A DNA stretch of 64,000 nt from Candidatus Tayloriibacteriota bacterium. GTDB taxonomy: Bacteria > Patescibacteriota > Minisyncoccia > Phycocordibacterales > PALSA-1337. The notes beneath the pieces are model-generated. The model was not told where the DNA came from. It saw only the letters and a list, made by a program, of their open reading frames with translations, and did no database searches. The first letter of the stretch is position 1; the number at the start of each line of letters is the position of its first letter. The position numbers and the translations under genes are program-made. This document shows positions 56,357 through 64,000 of the stretch, one piece after another. The DNA lies in NCBI GenBank assembly GCA_028286665.1, contig JAQBRD010000031.1:155-64154 (forward strand), given 5' to 3'.

Positions 56357-56770
56357 TTAAGCCGTAATGAATTGGACTTTACCGCTGGTCGGGACCTTGC
56401 CTTTCAGCGGTTCCCATCTTTTCGCCCAATTGAATGAGCGTCCGGTGAAGCGGTGCAGCCTGTTGATCGAAGAGATCGAAATTTTGTCTCCGATCTCCGG
56501 CAACGACTGTCCTTTCCGGAAGTGGATGAATCGCGTGCATGAGGCCGAAATCATCCTTGCGCTGCCTTGCTGAAGGCGTGGGTCGATTTCCATGCCTTGT
56601 CTGAGAGAAACCTCGAGAACTCCAGGTCGGAGATTTTTAACTTCCATCACCTCGCCCTGATCAGTCTCGGTGCTTCCTTGCTCGTAACTGAGAAGCGGTA
56701 GGGGAATGAGAAGGTAGGCGGCAGCAACAACAATAAGTGCTGCAATGATGCAGATTGTTCCGATAATCAT
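56357..56770 (-). CDS. Hypothetical membrane-anchored protein (137 aa)
   Basis: An N-terminal TM helix (MIIGTICIIAALIVVAAAYLLI) precedes a C-terminal region that is probably a beta-rich domain. Confidence 0.4.
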   Translation of the reverse strand: MIIGTICIIAALIVVAAAYLLIPLPLLSYEQGSTETDQGEVMEVKNLRPGVLEVSLRQGMEIDPRLQQGSARMISASCTRFIHFRKGQSLPEIGDKISISSINRLHRFTGRSFNWAKRWEPLKGKVPTSGKVQFITA

Positions 56771-56999
56771 AAGTATTTCTTTTTTTGTGCTCGAAGAGCG
56801 GGTTCCATCTGAAATTACCGCTTAACCCACATATTGTCAATTTATTAGAGATCGATTGAGCCCAATTTCAAATTCTGAAGAGCCTGCAAAAGGTGGGAAT
56901 AAGCTGTGTATAACGGGTGGATATCCCTATGGTACCCCTATCTTTGCGGTGCTAGAATAAACAGGTCGAAATAATCGATTATCAATTCATCATTAATTT

Positions 57000-57401
57000 A
57001 TGGCTAAGAAACTCAGTATCGTTTTCGGAATCGTCTTCATCATCGTCGGCATCCTCGGATTCATCCCGAATCCGCTCGTGTCAGCAACAGGATTCTTCGG
57101 CGTTGATACGGTTCATACTATCGTGCACCTCGTCATCGGCATCATTCTCCTTGTCGTCGGCCTCAAGTGCGCGAAGACAAGCGCAGCAGTGCTCATCGTC
57201 GTCGGAGCAGTATACCTCCTCCTCGCGATCATCGGCTTCTTCGGAGTTACGAGCATCCTCGGCTTCCTCAATGTGAATACTCCTGACAACTGGCTCCATG
57301 CGGTTCTCGGAATCGTCATCATCATTGCAGGCATCATGGGAAAGAAGTGCAACTCTGAAATGGCTGCGCCTGCAGCTCCGGTTGCTCCGACACAGATGTA
57401 A
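57000..57401 (+). CDS. Small multi-TM membrane protein (DUF4383-like pattern)
   Basis: The protein has four hydrophobic helices, with motifs GFIPNP...DTVHTIVHLVIG...NWLHAVLG. Confidence 0.45.
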   Translation: MAKKLSIVFGIVFIIVGILGFIPNPLVSATGFFGVDTVHTIVHLVIGIILLVVGLKCAKTSAAVLIVVGAVYLLLAIIGFFGVTSILGFLNVNTPDNWLHAVLGIVIIIAGIMGKKCNSEMAAPAAPVAPTQM

Positions 57402-57432
57402 TAACGATCGCGGAACGACTGTTCATGCGAAG

Positions 57433-57463
57433 AAAAACCGCCCGAGTGGCGGCTTTTCTTTTG
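57433..57463 (+). terminator. Rho-independent terminator
   Basis: aaaaaccgcc-cgagtg-gcggcttttcttttg. Confidence 0.6.
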
Positions 57464-57477
57464 TGGGGCGCTTGCCT

Positions 57478-57786
57478 TCAGATGAATCTGCTAATCAAGC
57501 TCATGAAATGAAAGTAATAGAGAGCAAAGTCAATTAAGCCGACAATTATCAGCATATAACAAAGCTGCTTCAACTCATTGCCTTTGAATACATATTTGCT
57601 TGCCCATAAGGGTCGATCAGAAGCCGTAAAGCTTTTATTGAAATGTGCGTAAATGGCAACAGCGATCGATATGATGCCCATTATCATGAATATATCATCA
57701 CTGTCTGCGCCGGATTTCAAAAATGATGCGATCGCCGGAAGGATCAATAAGACTACGGCAAACCAAACCGGATGGAATCTTTTCAT
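57478..57786 (-). CDS. Small hypothetical membrane protein (102 aa)
   Basis: An ORF with three hydrophobic helices. Confidence 0.35.
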   Translation of the reverse strand: MKRFHPVWFAVVLLILPAIASFLKSGADSDDIFMIMGIISIAVAIYAHFNKSFTASDRPLWASKYVFKGNELKQLCYMLIIVGLIDFALYYFHFMSLISRFI

Positions 57787-57905
57787 TTAGAAATGATAGC
57801 ACAGAAATAAGCCTGCGATCTCCTTCGCTTAGTCCTGCTTTCGTTCCTTCCATACTCTCAGACAAATAGAATAAGCTGGCTCACGCCAGCTTATTCTATT
57901 TGTTG

Positions 57906-57987
57906 TGAGCACGGAGGGACTCGAACCCTCAAGGATCACTCCATACGCTTCTGAGACGTACGCGTATACCAGTTCCGCCACGTGCTC
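57906..57987 (-). tRNA. tRNA-Leu (anticodon CAG), type II
   Basis: The reverse complement is gagcacgtggcggaactggtatacgcgtacgtctcagaagcgtatggagtgatccttgagggttcgagtccctccgtgctca. The acceptor is GAGCACG/CGTGCTC, the anticodon loop CTCAGAA, the T-loop TTCGAGT and the discriminator A. Confidence 0.75.
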
Positions 57988-58060
57988 ATTTATATCTTCA
58001 GAAGGGGACATGGGTATTATACACAGTGGATGGATTTGGTCACGCATAAAATCTGGGCGC

Positions 58061-58096
58061 AAAAGAAAAAGACGGCCAAGCCGTCTTTTTCTTTTG
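58061..58096. terminator. Bidirectional terminator between tRNA-Val and tRNA-Leu
   Basis: aaaagaaaaagacggc-caa-gccgtctttttcttttg. Confidence 0.55.
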
Positions 58097-58099
58097 CTG

Positions 58100-58172
58100 T
58101 GCGCGATGAGGGGCTCGAACCCCCGACCTTTCCCGTGTAAAGGGACTGCTCTACCAACTGAGCTAATCGCGC
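58100..58172 (-). tRNA. tRNA-Val (anticodon TAC)
   Basis: The reverse complement is gcgcgattagctcagttggtagagcagtccctttacacgggaaaggtcgggggttcgagcccctcatcgcgca. The acceptor is GCGCGAT/ATCGCGC, the D-stem GCTC/GAGC, the anticodon loop TTTACAC and the T-loop TTCGAGC. Confidence 0.8.
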
Positions 58173-58209
58173 GCATCCTTGCGTACCATGCTAGACTAAC
58201 GTATATTTC

Positions 58210-59151
58210 ATGAATTATCAATACATCTCTATGAAACCAGCCCCAAAAACAGCCAAAACAAAGAAAATCGCAAAAGCTTCAAAAAAAGCCGTGAAAGCGA
58301 TACAAGGCCCGAAACTTCCGAAAATCGAAGTCCTCTATGAAGATGCGAATATCGTCGCCATCAACAAGCCATCCGGCTTGGTCGTGCATTCTGATGGAAA
58401 GACCGATGAGGTATTCCTCACTGATTGGATCCTCAAGCATTATCCGAAGGCGAAGAACGTCGGCGAACCGATCGTCACGAATGAAACCGTCGGCGCAGAC
58501 GGCGCGAAGCGGGAATCGCAGACGATCTATCGTCCGGGCATCGTCCATCGCCTCGACCGAGACACGTCCGGCGTCATGCTCATCGCAAAGACGAAAGCAG
58601 GGCACGCGCATCTGAAGACGCAGTTCCAGGAGCATACGATCAAGAAGAAGTACTTCGCATTCCTCTATGGAGAATTGAAAGAAGAATGGGGCATCATCGA
58701 TCGTCCGATCGGACGCAGCACTGGCGACTTCCGAAAATGGTCCGCTACCCGCGGCGCACGAGGGGAGCTTCGTCCTGCGCAGACCTGGTGGAACCTCATC
58801 AAGGCCGGTTACGACAAGGATGTTACTGGAAAGTATTCGTTCGTCCAAGCAGAACCGAAGACTGGCCGCACGCATCAGATCCGCGTCCATTTCAAGGCGA
58901 TCAATCATCCAGTCGTCGCAGACAAGCTCTATGGAGGCGAAAAGCCGCCAGGACTCGGGTTCACTCGAACTGCGCTCCATGCTTCGACTATCACATTCAT
59001 CCCAGTCGGCACGAAGGCAAAGCCGGGCAAGCCGGTCACTGTGAACGCTCCATTCCCCGCGGATTTCCTCCATGCGATGAGCGAAATGGACGTGGTCATG
59101 CCGGCGACGATCGGAAAGAATCTCTCGAAAACCCGCAGCACTATTGCGTAA
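58210..59151 (+). CDS. RluA-family pseudouridine synthase with Lys-rich N-terminal tail
   Basis: The catalytic motif is GIVHRLDRDTSGVMLIAK, together with IAINKPSGLVVH. The N-terminal 40 aa are Lys/Ala-rich. Confidence 0.8.
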   Translation: MNYQYISMKPAPKTAKTKKIAKASKKAVKAIQGPKLPKIEVLYEDANIVAINKPSGLVVHSDGKTDEVFLTDWILKHYPKAKNVGEPIVTNETVGADGAKRESQTIYRPGIVHRLDRDTSGVMLIAKTKAGHAHLKTQFQEHTIKKKYFAFLYGELKEEWGIIDRPIGRSTGDFRKWSATRGARGELRPAQTWWNLIKAGYDKDVTGKYSFVQAEPKTGRTHQIRVHFKAINHPVVADKLYGGEKPPGLGFTRTALHASTITFIPVGTKAKPGKPVTVNAPFPADFLHAMSEMDVVMPATIGKNLSKTRSTIA

Positions 59152-59196
59152 TTTAGCCCCCTATGTTACATTAGTCGGCACTGATTAGCATCATTT

Positions 59197-59655
59197 ATGG
59201 CAACAAAAACCCCAATTACGACAGTAAATATCGACGAACGAAAGAATCTCGGCCTCCGATCTGGAGACACGGTTCGTGTTTGGCAGAAGATCAAGGAAGG
59301 AGAAGGCAAGGAAGGAAAGATCCGACTTCAGGCATTCGAGGGACTCGTTCTCGCGAACAAGCACGGCACTGAAGCAGGCGCTACATTCACGGTCCGAAAG
59401 GTCATGGACGGCGTCGGCGTAGAAAGGATCTACCCGCTCTTCTCCCCGATGATCGACAAGATCGAGGTCCTCCGACGATCGAAGGTACGACGAGCGAAGC
59501 TCTACTTCGTCCGAGACAAAGCCGCGAAGGAAATCCGACACCAGATGCGACGCATGCTCAAGCTCGAGCCAGGACAGAACACTGACACGAAGCACAATAT
59601 CGCAGCGAAGCCGGAAGCGAAAGCCGAAGCAGCCTCAGAAGAGGTCGCAGCATAA
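59197..59655 (+). CDS. rplS: 50S ribosomal protein L19 with C-terminal extension
   Basis: GDTVRVWQKIKEGEGKEGKIRLQAFEGLVLANKHGTEAGATFTVRKVMDGVGVERIYPLFSPMIDKIEVLRRSKVRRAKLYFVRD matches the L19 core. Confidence 0.85.
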   Translation: MATKTPITTVNIDERKNLGLRSGDTVRVWQKIKEGEGKEGKIRLQAFEGLVLANKHGTEAGATFTVRKVMDGVGVERIYPLFSPMIDKIEVLRRSKVRRAKLYFVRDKAAKEIRHQMRRMLKLEPGQNTDTKHNIAAKPEAKAEAASEEVAA

Positions 59656-59659
59656 CTCA

Positions 59660-59694
59660 AAAAACAGAAGACCGCGAAAGCGGTTTTTTGTTTT
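59660..59694 (+). terminator. Rho-independent terminator after rplS
   Basis: aaaaaacagaagaccgc-gaaa-gcggttttttgtttt. Confidence 0.6.
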
Positions 59695-59763
59695 CAGGCA
59701 TGATTTTCGACAAAGGTTGAAAATAAGTAAGATATCGGCTATAGTGGTGAAGTTCGAAAATAT

Positions 59764-59850
59764 GCGCAGGTGGCGAAACTGGCAGACGCACTACCTTGAG
59801 GTGGTAGCGCCCTCACGGGCTTGGAGGTTCAAATCCTCTCCTGCGCACCA
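59764..59850 (+). tRNA. tRNA-Leu (anticodon GAG), type II, CCA encoded
   Basis: gcgcaggtggcgaaactggcagacgcactaccttgaggtggtagcgccctcacgggcttggaggttcaaatcctctcctgcgcacca. The anticodon stem is CTACC/GGTAG and the loop is TTGAGGT. Confidence 0.8.
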
Positions 59851-59854
59851 AATG

Positions 59855-59887
59855 AAAAGACCGAGCTATGCTCGGTCTTTTCATTTG
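59855..59887 (+). terminator. Terminator after tRNA-Leu(GAG)
   Basis: gaaaagaccgagc-tat-gctcggtcttttcattt. Confidence 0.6.
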
Positions 59888-60046
59888 CGCAGAGCGAAGC
59901 GCACGGGCGCTTCGCGTGAGAGGATTTGAAAAGTCTGAGTATGTTTTCAAGCTTGCGGAGCAAGCGATAAAACTCGAAGACTATACCGATCCCGTAGGGA
60001 TCAAATCCGTACCACTGTCCCCACAACTCTCTCATGCTATCCGCAC

Positions 60047-61456
60047 ATGTGGGGTATACTGTACCTCATGAACCCACAAAACAATCCGAACGAGATCAAT
60101 CCCAATGATCTGTTCCCGCAGCGTCCCGCATATCAGCAGACTCCGCCTTCTTCTCCTGCCGGCGGAATTGGGCAGCAGCCGACTCCTGCGATGACTACGC
60201 ACAAAAGCCACCTCCTGATCAAGGTCATTATCGTCATCATACTTCTCCTTATCGCGGGAGGCGTAGCTTCGGCATTCTATCTGAATATATTCCAGTCGCC
60301 TGAAACAACGGTGAAGAACACAGCATACTCGGCCGACAAGCTCCTCTCGGCGCATACTGAAGGGGTCATCGACGTCAGCTTCACGCAGAGCGGCAAAGCG
60401 AACTCGTTCAAGGTCACCATGTCGACCGATGCTGACAAGTCAGATGCGAAGAATCCGAATATATCGAGCAAGATCGCATTCGCGGGCATGGGCCTGACCG
60501 CTGATGCCGATGTCCGATATATCGACAATACACTGTATCTCAGGGTGAATCAGTTTCCGCTGAGCGGCATGATTCCCGGAACCACCAATATCCAGGGCGT
60601 CTGGTATTCAGTTACGAAGCAGGAGATCGAGGATTATTCGAAGCAGTATGGAAGCAAGACTCCTGCCGCTTTGCAGGATCCGAAGAACATCCCGCACGTG
60701 AGCGATCTGTATGATATCTTCAAAAGCAGCCATTTCATCGGCGACATAACATCGCAGGGAATTTCGAAGGGCAAGGATGGATCCTATGTAAGGACATACT
60801 CGATCCCCATCCAGAAAGAGCATCTCTCTGAAGCGTTGATCGCATTGGTCAGCAAATACGATCCGACCGGCAAATCGATTCCGAATGTCGAAGAAGCGAA
60901 GAAGGAATTCGATTCGATCCTGAATGATTTCACGTTCGATACGGCCACCGTCGAAGTCGGACTTTTCGATCAGCAGGTGAGAAGCGTCGCGTTCGGCATT
61001 GGATTCAACCCGACAGGGAAGGCCACAATTCCTTCATTCGGAGGCGGACATGTCGGCGTCCGAAGCGAATACTCGAAGATAAACCAGAAGCTCTCCTTCG
61101 AGAAGCCTGCAGACGCGCAGTCGCTCACGAAGCTCATCGAGGCTTCGATGGGGCAGTCGCAGCAGAAGGCGCAAGATGCGATGATCAAGTCGTATCTCAT
61201 GAGTCTCAGACCATCCAGCGCGCTTTATTTCGATAAGAATCATGGCACATATGTCGGATTCTGCGGATCGAATGATGTAAAAAATATGAATGATACGCTT
61301 GCAGCGAAGCAAGGACACAGCCCACTCAATTGCCTATCCGACGCGAGCAAATTCATTGCCTTCGTGCCGCTCTCAGATCAAACATATTTCTGCGTTGATT
61401 CTGCCGGAGCAGCCGTTACGATCCCCGGAATTCCTGTCAGCAAGAGCTGCAAGTAG
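60047..61456 (+). CDS. Hypothetical membrane-anchored extracellular protein (Pro/Gln-rich N-terminus, single TM)
   Basis: A low-complexity N-terminus (NPQNNPNEINPNDLFPQRPAYQQTPPSSPAGG) is followed by a TM helix (LLIKVIIVIILLLIAGGVASAF) and a domain of about 380 aa ending in paired Cys. The start may be at 60068. Confidence 0.45.
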   Translation: MWGILYLMNPQNNPNEINPNDLFPQRPAYQQTPPSSPAGGIGQQPTPAMTTHKSHLLIKVIIVIILLLIAGGVASAFYLNIFQSPETTVKNTAYSADKLLSAHTEGVIDVSFTQSGKANSFKVTMSTDADKSDAKNPNISSKIAFAGMGLTADADVRYIDNTLYLRVNQFPLSGMIPGTTNIQGVWYSVTKQEIEDYSKQYGSKTPAALQDPKNIPHVSDLYDIFKSSHFIGDITSQGISKGKDGSYVRTYSIPIQKEHLSEALIALVSKYDPTGKSIPNVEEAKKEFDSILNDFTFDTATVEVGLFDQQVRSVAFGIGFNPTGKATIPSFGGGHVGVRSEYSKINQKLSFEKPADAQSLTKLIEASMGQSQQKAQDAMIKSYLMSLRPSSALYFDKNHGTYVGFCGSNDVKNMNDTLAAKQGHSPLNCLSDASKFIAFVPLSDQTYFCVDSAGAAVTIPGIPVSKSCK

Positions 61457-61536
61457 TAATGGCTGTGTCTGAAAAACTGGCGAGGAATCGATAAATCTGT
61501 TATAACTGTAACGCCCCTCATGGGGCGTTCGGTCAT

Positions 61537-61609
61537 GGTGGCTATGGTGTAACGGTTAACACTGGAGCTTGTGGAGCTCTCAATTCGGGTTCGATTCCCG
61601 ATAGCCACC
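61537..61609 (+). tRNA. tRNA-His (anticodon GTG) with genomically encoded G-1
   Basis: g-gtggctatggtgtaacggttaacactggagcttgtggagctctcaattcgggttcgattcccgatagccacc. The anticodon loop is TTGTGGA, the discriminator is C, and the extra 5' G pairs opposite the discriminator. Confidence 0.8.
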
Positions 61610-61644
61610 CACGACTTATTTTTGGCATTTTCTGCCACGCCGAA

Positions 61645-61668
61645 GAACCGCTCTCTGTAGCGGTTTTT
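61645..61668 (+). terminator. Terminator after tRNA-His
   Basis: gaaccgctctc-tg-tagcggttttt. Confidence 0.55.
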
Positions 61669-61795
61669 CGATTATAGCCCTTCCGGTGTTTACTTCGGTA
61701 GGTGCCGTTTCTTGCCGGAAGCGGTAAACAAGTAAACAAAACCGCTGCCAGGACGACAACGGATTTCAGCCCGCAAAATCAAAAGCCTTGATAAC

Positions 61796-63997
61796 TTACG
61801 ATTCTTTTCGTTTCTGAACAGTTTCAATAAAACCAACAATTGCATTGAGATCTTTCTCGATTTCGTCTGGAAGAGGAAGATCCACTGGAGCTTCGTCCGA
61901 CTGTGAATGCTCGTAACGGGAATACGTCGTCATCATCTCGTCGACAAACTTGCAATCCTCGACAGTGATTTTTGCGAGGTGTTCAATTTTGCCTTTGGTC
62001 TGAACTTCGGCGCTGTGGCGGCGGACAACTCCAGCCAGAAGATCAGTCTCAACAACCTGTTCCAGTAAAATACGAATGTCTCGGCACAGCGCCTTTGCCT
62101 CTTGTTCATACTGCACATCGCCTGCTTCCAACGCCGTTCTTGCCGCACCCAATCGTTCGTTCAAAAAGCGTCTTCCTGTTTGCTTCGTTTTTGTGAGTGT
62201 GATGGGGAGGTCCGCGATATCGCCCTTCCTGCTTTTACTAAGGCAAACGATTGTTTTCTCGATCTTTTCTTTGTCCGTATATTTTTCTAAAAGTCCGATC
62301 AATGAGAGTCGGTGCGTAAAAACAATCACTTGGCGGTTTTTGCTGAGCTCGACAAGACGTTTAGCTGTAGCTTCTTCGTAAACTTGGTCCAGTGAAGAAA
62401 TTGGATCATCAAATACAAACGGCGTTTTCGCTCCTCGACCTTCGGTATCAGCGAGAAACGCAGCTAGAGAAATTATCCGACATTCGCCTTCGCTCAAGAC
62501 GTCGGAGGTTTTTGCGTTCTTGTTGCGACAGTCTTTCAGAAACAACTGGTGATAAACGTGTCCAACGTCGGTCCTTGTCTTTTTCAGATGAACAGGAATC
62601 CGATGAGCCTTAAGCGCAAGCAATTCGGTGGTGAAGCGCTGGGTATACGCTTTCGTTATCAACTCGTCGGCAAGAGTAGATTTTTTTCGGGAAAGGGCTG
62701 CCGTATTGGTTAGAGCACTCGCTGCTTCCAATTTCTTAACTTTAGAAAGGCGAAGTATCTCGGCATCAATAGCCGTCCTTTGTTCGTGCATCCATTTCCT
62801 AGCCGCCAAGTTTTTTCGGGTTTGCTCAAGCGCCGGCCTGTTTTCACTCTTCGCGTCTTTTTCATAACCCCGAGCTTCCTTCGAAAGACTTCGGGCAGCC
62901 TGTGCTATCGGCATCAGGTATGATCTTTTTGGAAGGGAAGATACCTCACTTATCTTGAATGCTGTAAGGCATGAAGATTTTCTGTTTATTATTGCTGATA
63001 CGAATTCTACGATCGAGGCTCGGTCCGCTTTCTCTAGAATCGCCACCGCGTCCATCGTTAACGCCAGTGCGTCGGTCGTCGGAATATTCGGAAACTCAGC
63101 TTCAAGGCTTTGGGTTAGTTGTTCGGCTTTGCGTGCCAGCTTCTGTAATTCTCCTTTGATGAATGTTTCAAATGACTGATGCCGATCGCAACCCTCCGGG
63201 TCGAGGTGTTGCTGACAGAGGACACATCGCGTATCGTCGGCGATATTCGGAAAATCCGCTCCAGGGTAAGCGTGTTCGGTTGAATATGCACGAGCGGCTT
63301 CCCATAAAAGTTGCCAAGATTTCGATCCGACTCCGGCCAACGGCGCTTTTTCGAAGACTTTGTTCGCGTCTTCGTTTGCAGCTTTTCGTTTGGCAATAGC
63401 ATCATTCTTAGCTTCCAGGTATTCCGTACATTTTTCTTCTGAAAAACCGTCGCTGAGCTGCTTCAGCGACTGCAACAGCTTTATCGTCGTTTCAATCTGC
63501 CTATTCACTTTGCTGGCTTTTGCGGCAGGGTCTGCTTCTGAAAGTCTTTTGTTTATGTCGGTGAGTTCTTTATTGTCTGCGGTTGTCCACTTTGCAGCAC
63601 TATCTACACCAACGGTCGTCGTAGCCGCCGTGATGCTTTTATACCATGCAGCCGCAGTTGTTGTTGAAAACTCATGGGGGAAGACGGGTAATTTTGAAAC
63701 GTTTACCCGGATTTGGGTCTGAATCAAACCGCCAACGCTTTCGCAAACGCCAGTTAGACGAGTAAAGAGCCTCAACAGCCACGGCTCGAACGCCACCTCA
63801 TTTTCGCTGTTTACATACACATATCCGCAAGCCGTATCAAAAATGTCGGTACCAAGGAGTTCGGACAACGCTTTACCGGACCATTGTGAAGATTTACCGA
63901 TGGCGTTTTCCGTGAATGTAAATGTCGCGGTCTGTGCTTGTGGACCATCCTTAAATATATCTGTTAAGAGTGCTCCCGGATGTCTCGCGCCGCACAC
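61796..63997 (-). CDS. SMC/RecF/SbcC-like ABC ATPase with CxxC motif and C-terminal extension (N-terminus beyond window); candidate RloC/AAA_13-like defence ATPase
   Basis: The frame is open at the window edge, so the Walker A motif must lie upstream. DDTRCVLCQQHLDPEGCDRH is zinc-hook-like. SEGECRIISLAAFLA is signature-like, PFVFDDPISSLD contains Walker B and the D-loop, and VIVFTHRL is the H-loop. About 170 aa follow the H-loop. Confidence 0.45.
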   Translation of the reverse strand: MCGARHPGALLTDIFKDGPQAQTATFTFTENAIGKSSQWSGKALSELLGTDIFDTACGYVYVNSENEVAFEPWLLRLFTRLTGVCESVGGLIQTQIRVNVSKLPVFPHEFSTTTAAAWYKSITAATTTVGVDSAAKWTTADNKELTDINKRLSEADPAAKASKVNRQIETTIKLLQSLKQLSDGFSEEKCTEYLEAKNDAIAKRKAANEDANKVFEKAPLAGVGSKSWQLLWEAARAYSTEHAYPGADFPNIADDTRCVLCQQHLDPEGCDRHQSFETFIKGELQKLARKAEQLTQSLEAEFPNIPTTDALALTMDAVAILEKADRASIVEFVSAIINRKSSCLTAFKISEVSSLPKRSYLMPIAQAARSLSKEARGYEKDAKSENRPALEQTRKNLAARKWMHEQRTAIDAEILRLSKVKKLEAASALTNTAALSRKKSTLADELITKAYTQRFTTELLALKAHRIPVHLKKTRTDVGHVYHQLFLKDCRNKNAKTSDVLSEGECRIISLAAFLADTEGRGAKTPFVFDDPISSLDQVYEEATAKRLVELSKNRQVIVFTHRLSLIGLLEKYTDKEKIEKTIVCLSKSRKGDIADLPITLTKTKQTGRRFLNERLGAARTALEAGDVQYEQEAKALCRDIRILLEQVVETDLLAGVVRRHSAEVQTKGKIEHLAKITVEDCKFVDEMMTTYSRYEHSQSDEAPVDLPLPDEIEKDLNAIVGFIETVQKRKES

Positions 63998-64000
63998 ATG

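Noticed and set aside
59717-59929. A 70-aa ORF over tRNA-Leu(GAG) and its terminator.
   Set aside because: It is explained entirely by the tRNA gene. The same applies to 61378-61638 over tRNA-His, and to 45720-45989, 45754-45945 and 45763-46026 over tRNA-Arg.
1-64000. A CRISPR array, transposase, integrase or prophage genes.
   Set aside because: I saw no regularly spaced direct repeats and no DDE/tyrosine-recombinase-like ORFs anywhere in the window. The only integration-like signature is the att-like repeat at the tRNA-Lys island.

Overview
This 64-kb window is chromosomal and gene-dense, with about 52% GC in coding regions and AT-rich intergenic regions. It opens on the replication origin. 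A partial dnaA is followed by a cluster of DnaA boxes, an AT-rich unwinding element, and dnaN.

The rest of the window is mainly core genes. These include genes for cell-wall and DNA metabolism (PBP1A, MurE, an amidase with a PG-binding domain, a polysaccharide deacetylase, PolA, a HolA-like protein, Fpg). There are recombination genes at scattered loci (ruvC with yebC, ruvB, ruvA, ruvX), and translation genes (tyrS, tsaE, rpsT, rplS, RluA-family and TrmH-family enzymes). Type IV pilus genes are present as pilB and a pilMNO operon. I called eight tRNA genes by hand: Lys-TTT, Arg-GCG, Ser-TGA, Arg-TCT, Leu-CAG, Val-TAC, Leu-GAG and His-GTG.

The features I consider most worth follow-up are these:
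1. A repeated module of a TrmB-like HTH regulator paired with an orphan LivK-type substrate-binding protein. It occurs four times, always divergently, with a fifth regulator next to a methyltransferase. Candidate operator palindromes sit in the shared promoters.
2. An island of about 0.8 kb at about 33% GC, immediately 3' of tRNA-Lys. It is bounded by an imperfect 24-bp direct repeat of the tRNA 3' end and carries one ORF with an Rx5H motif near its C-terminus, which may be HEPN/Abi-like.
3. A giant (1871 aa) modular surface protein with Fn3 and IPT/TIG repeats around an HEVGH...DEY metallopeptidase motif that resembles family M64.
4. A 5'-truncated SMC/ABC-type ATPase with a CxxC motif and a long C-terminal tail, next to tRNA-His. 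This may be an RloC/AAA_13-like defence ATPase.
5. Two copies, about 6 kb apart, of an intergenic element of about 75 nt with nested stem-loops and compensatory substitutions. Each lies between a terminator and a tRNA gene.

No CRISPR array, transposase or integrase was seen. The small proteins, many membrane-anchored hypotheticals, orphan SBPs and type IV pili are compatible with a reduced Patescibacteria-like genome, but that is inference only.
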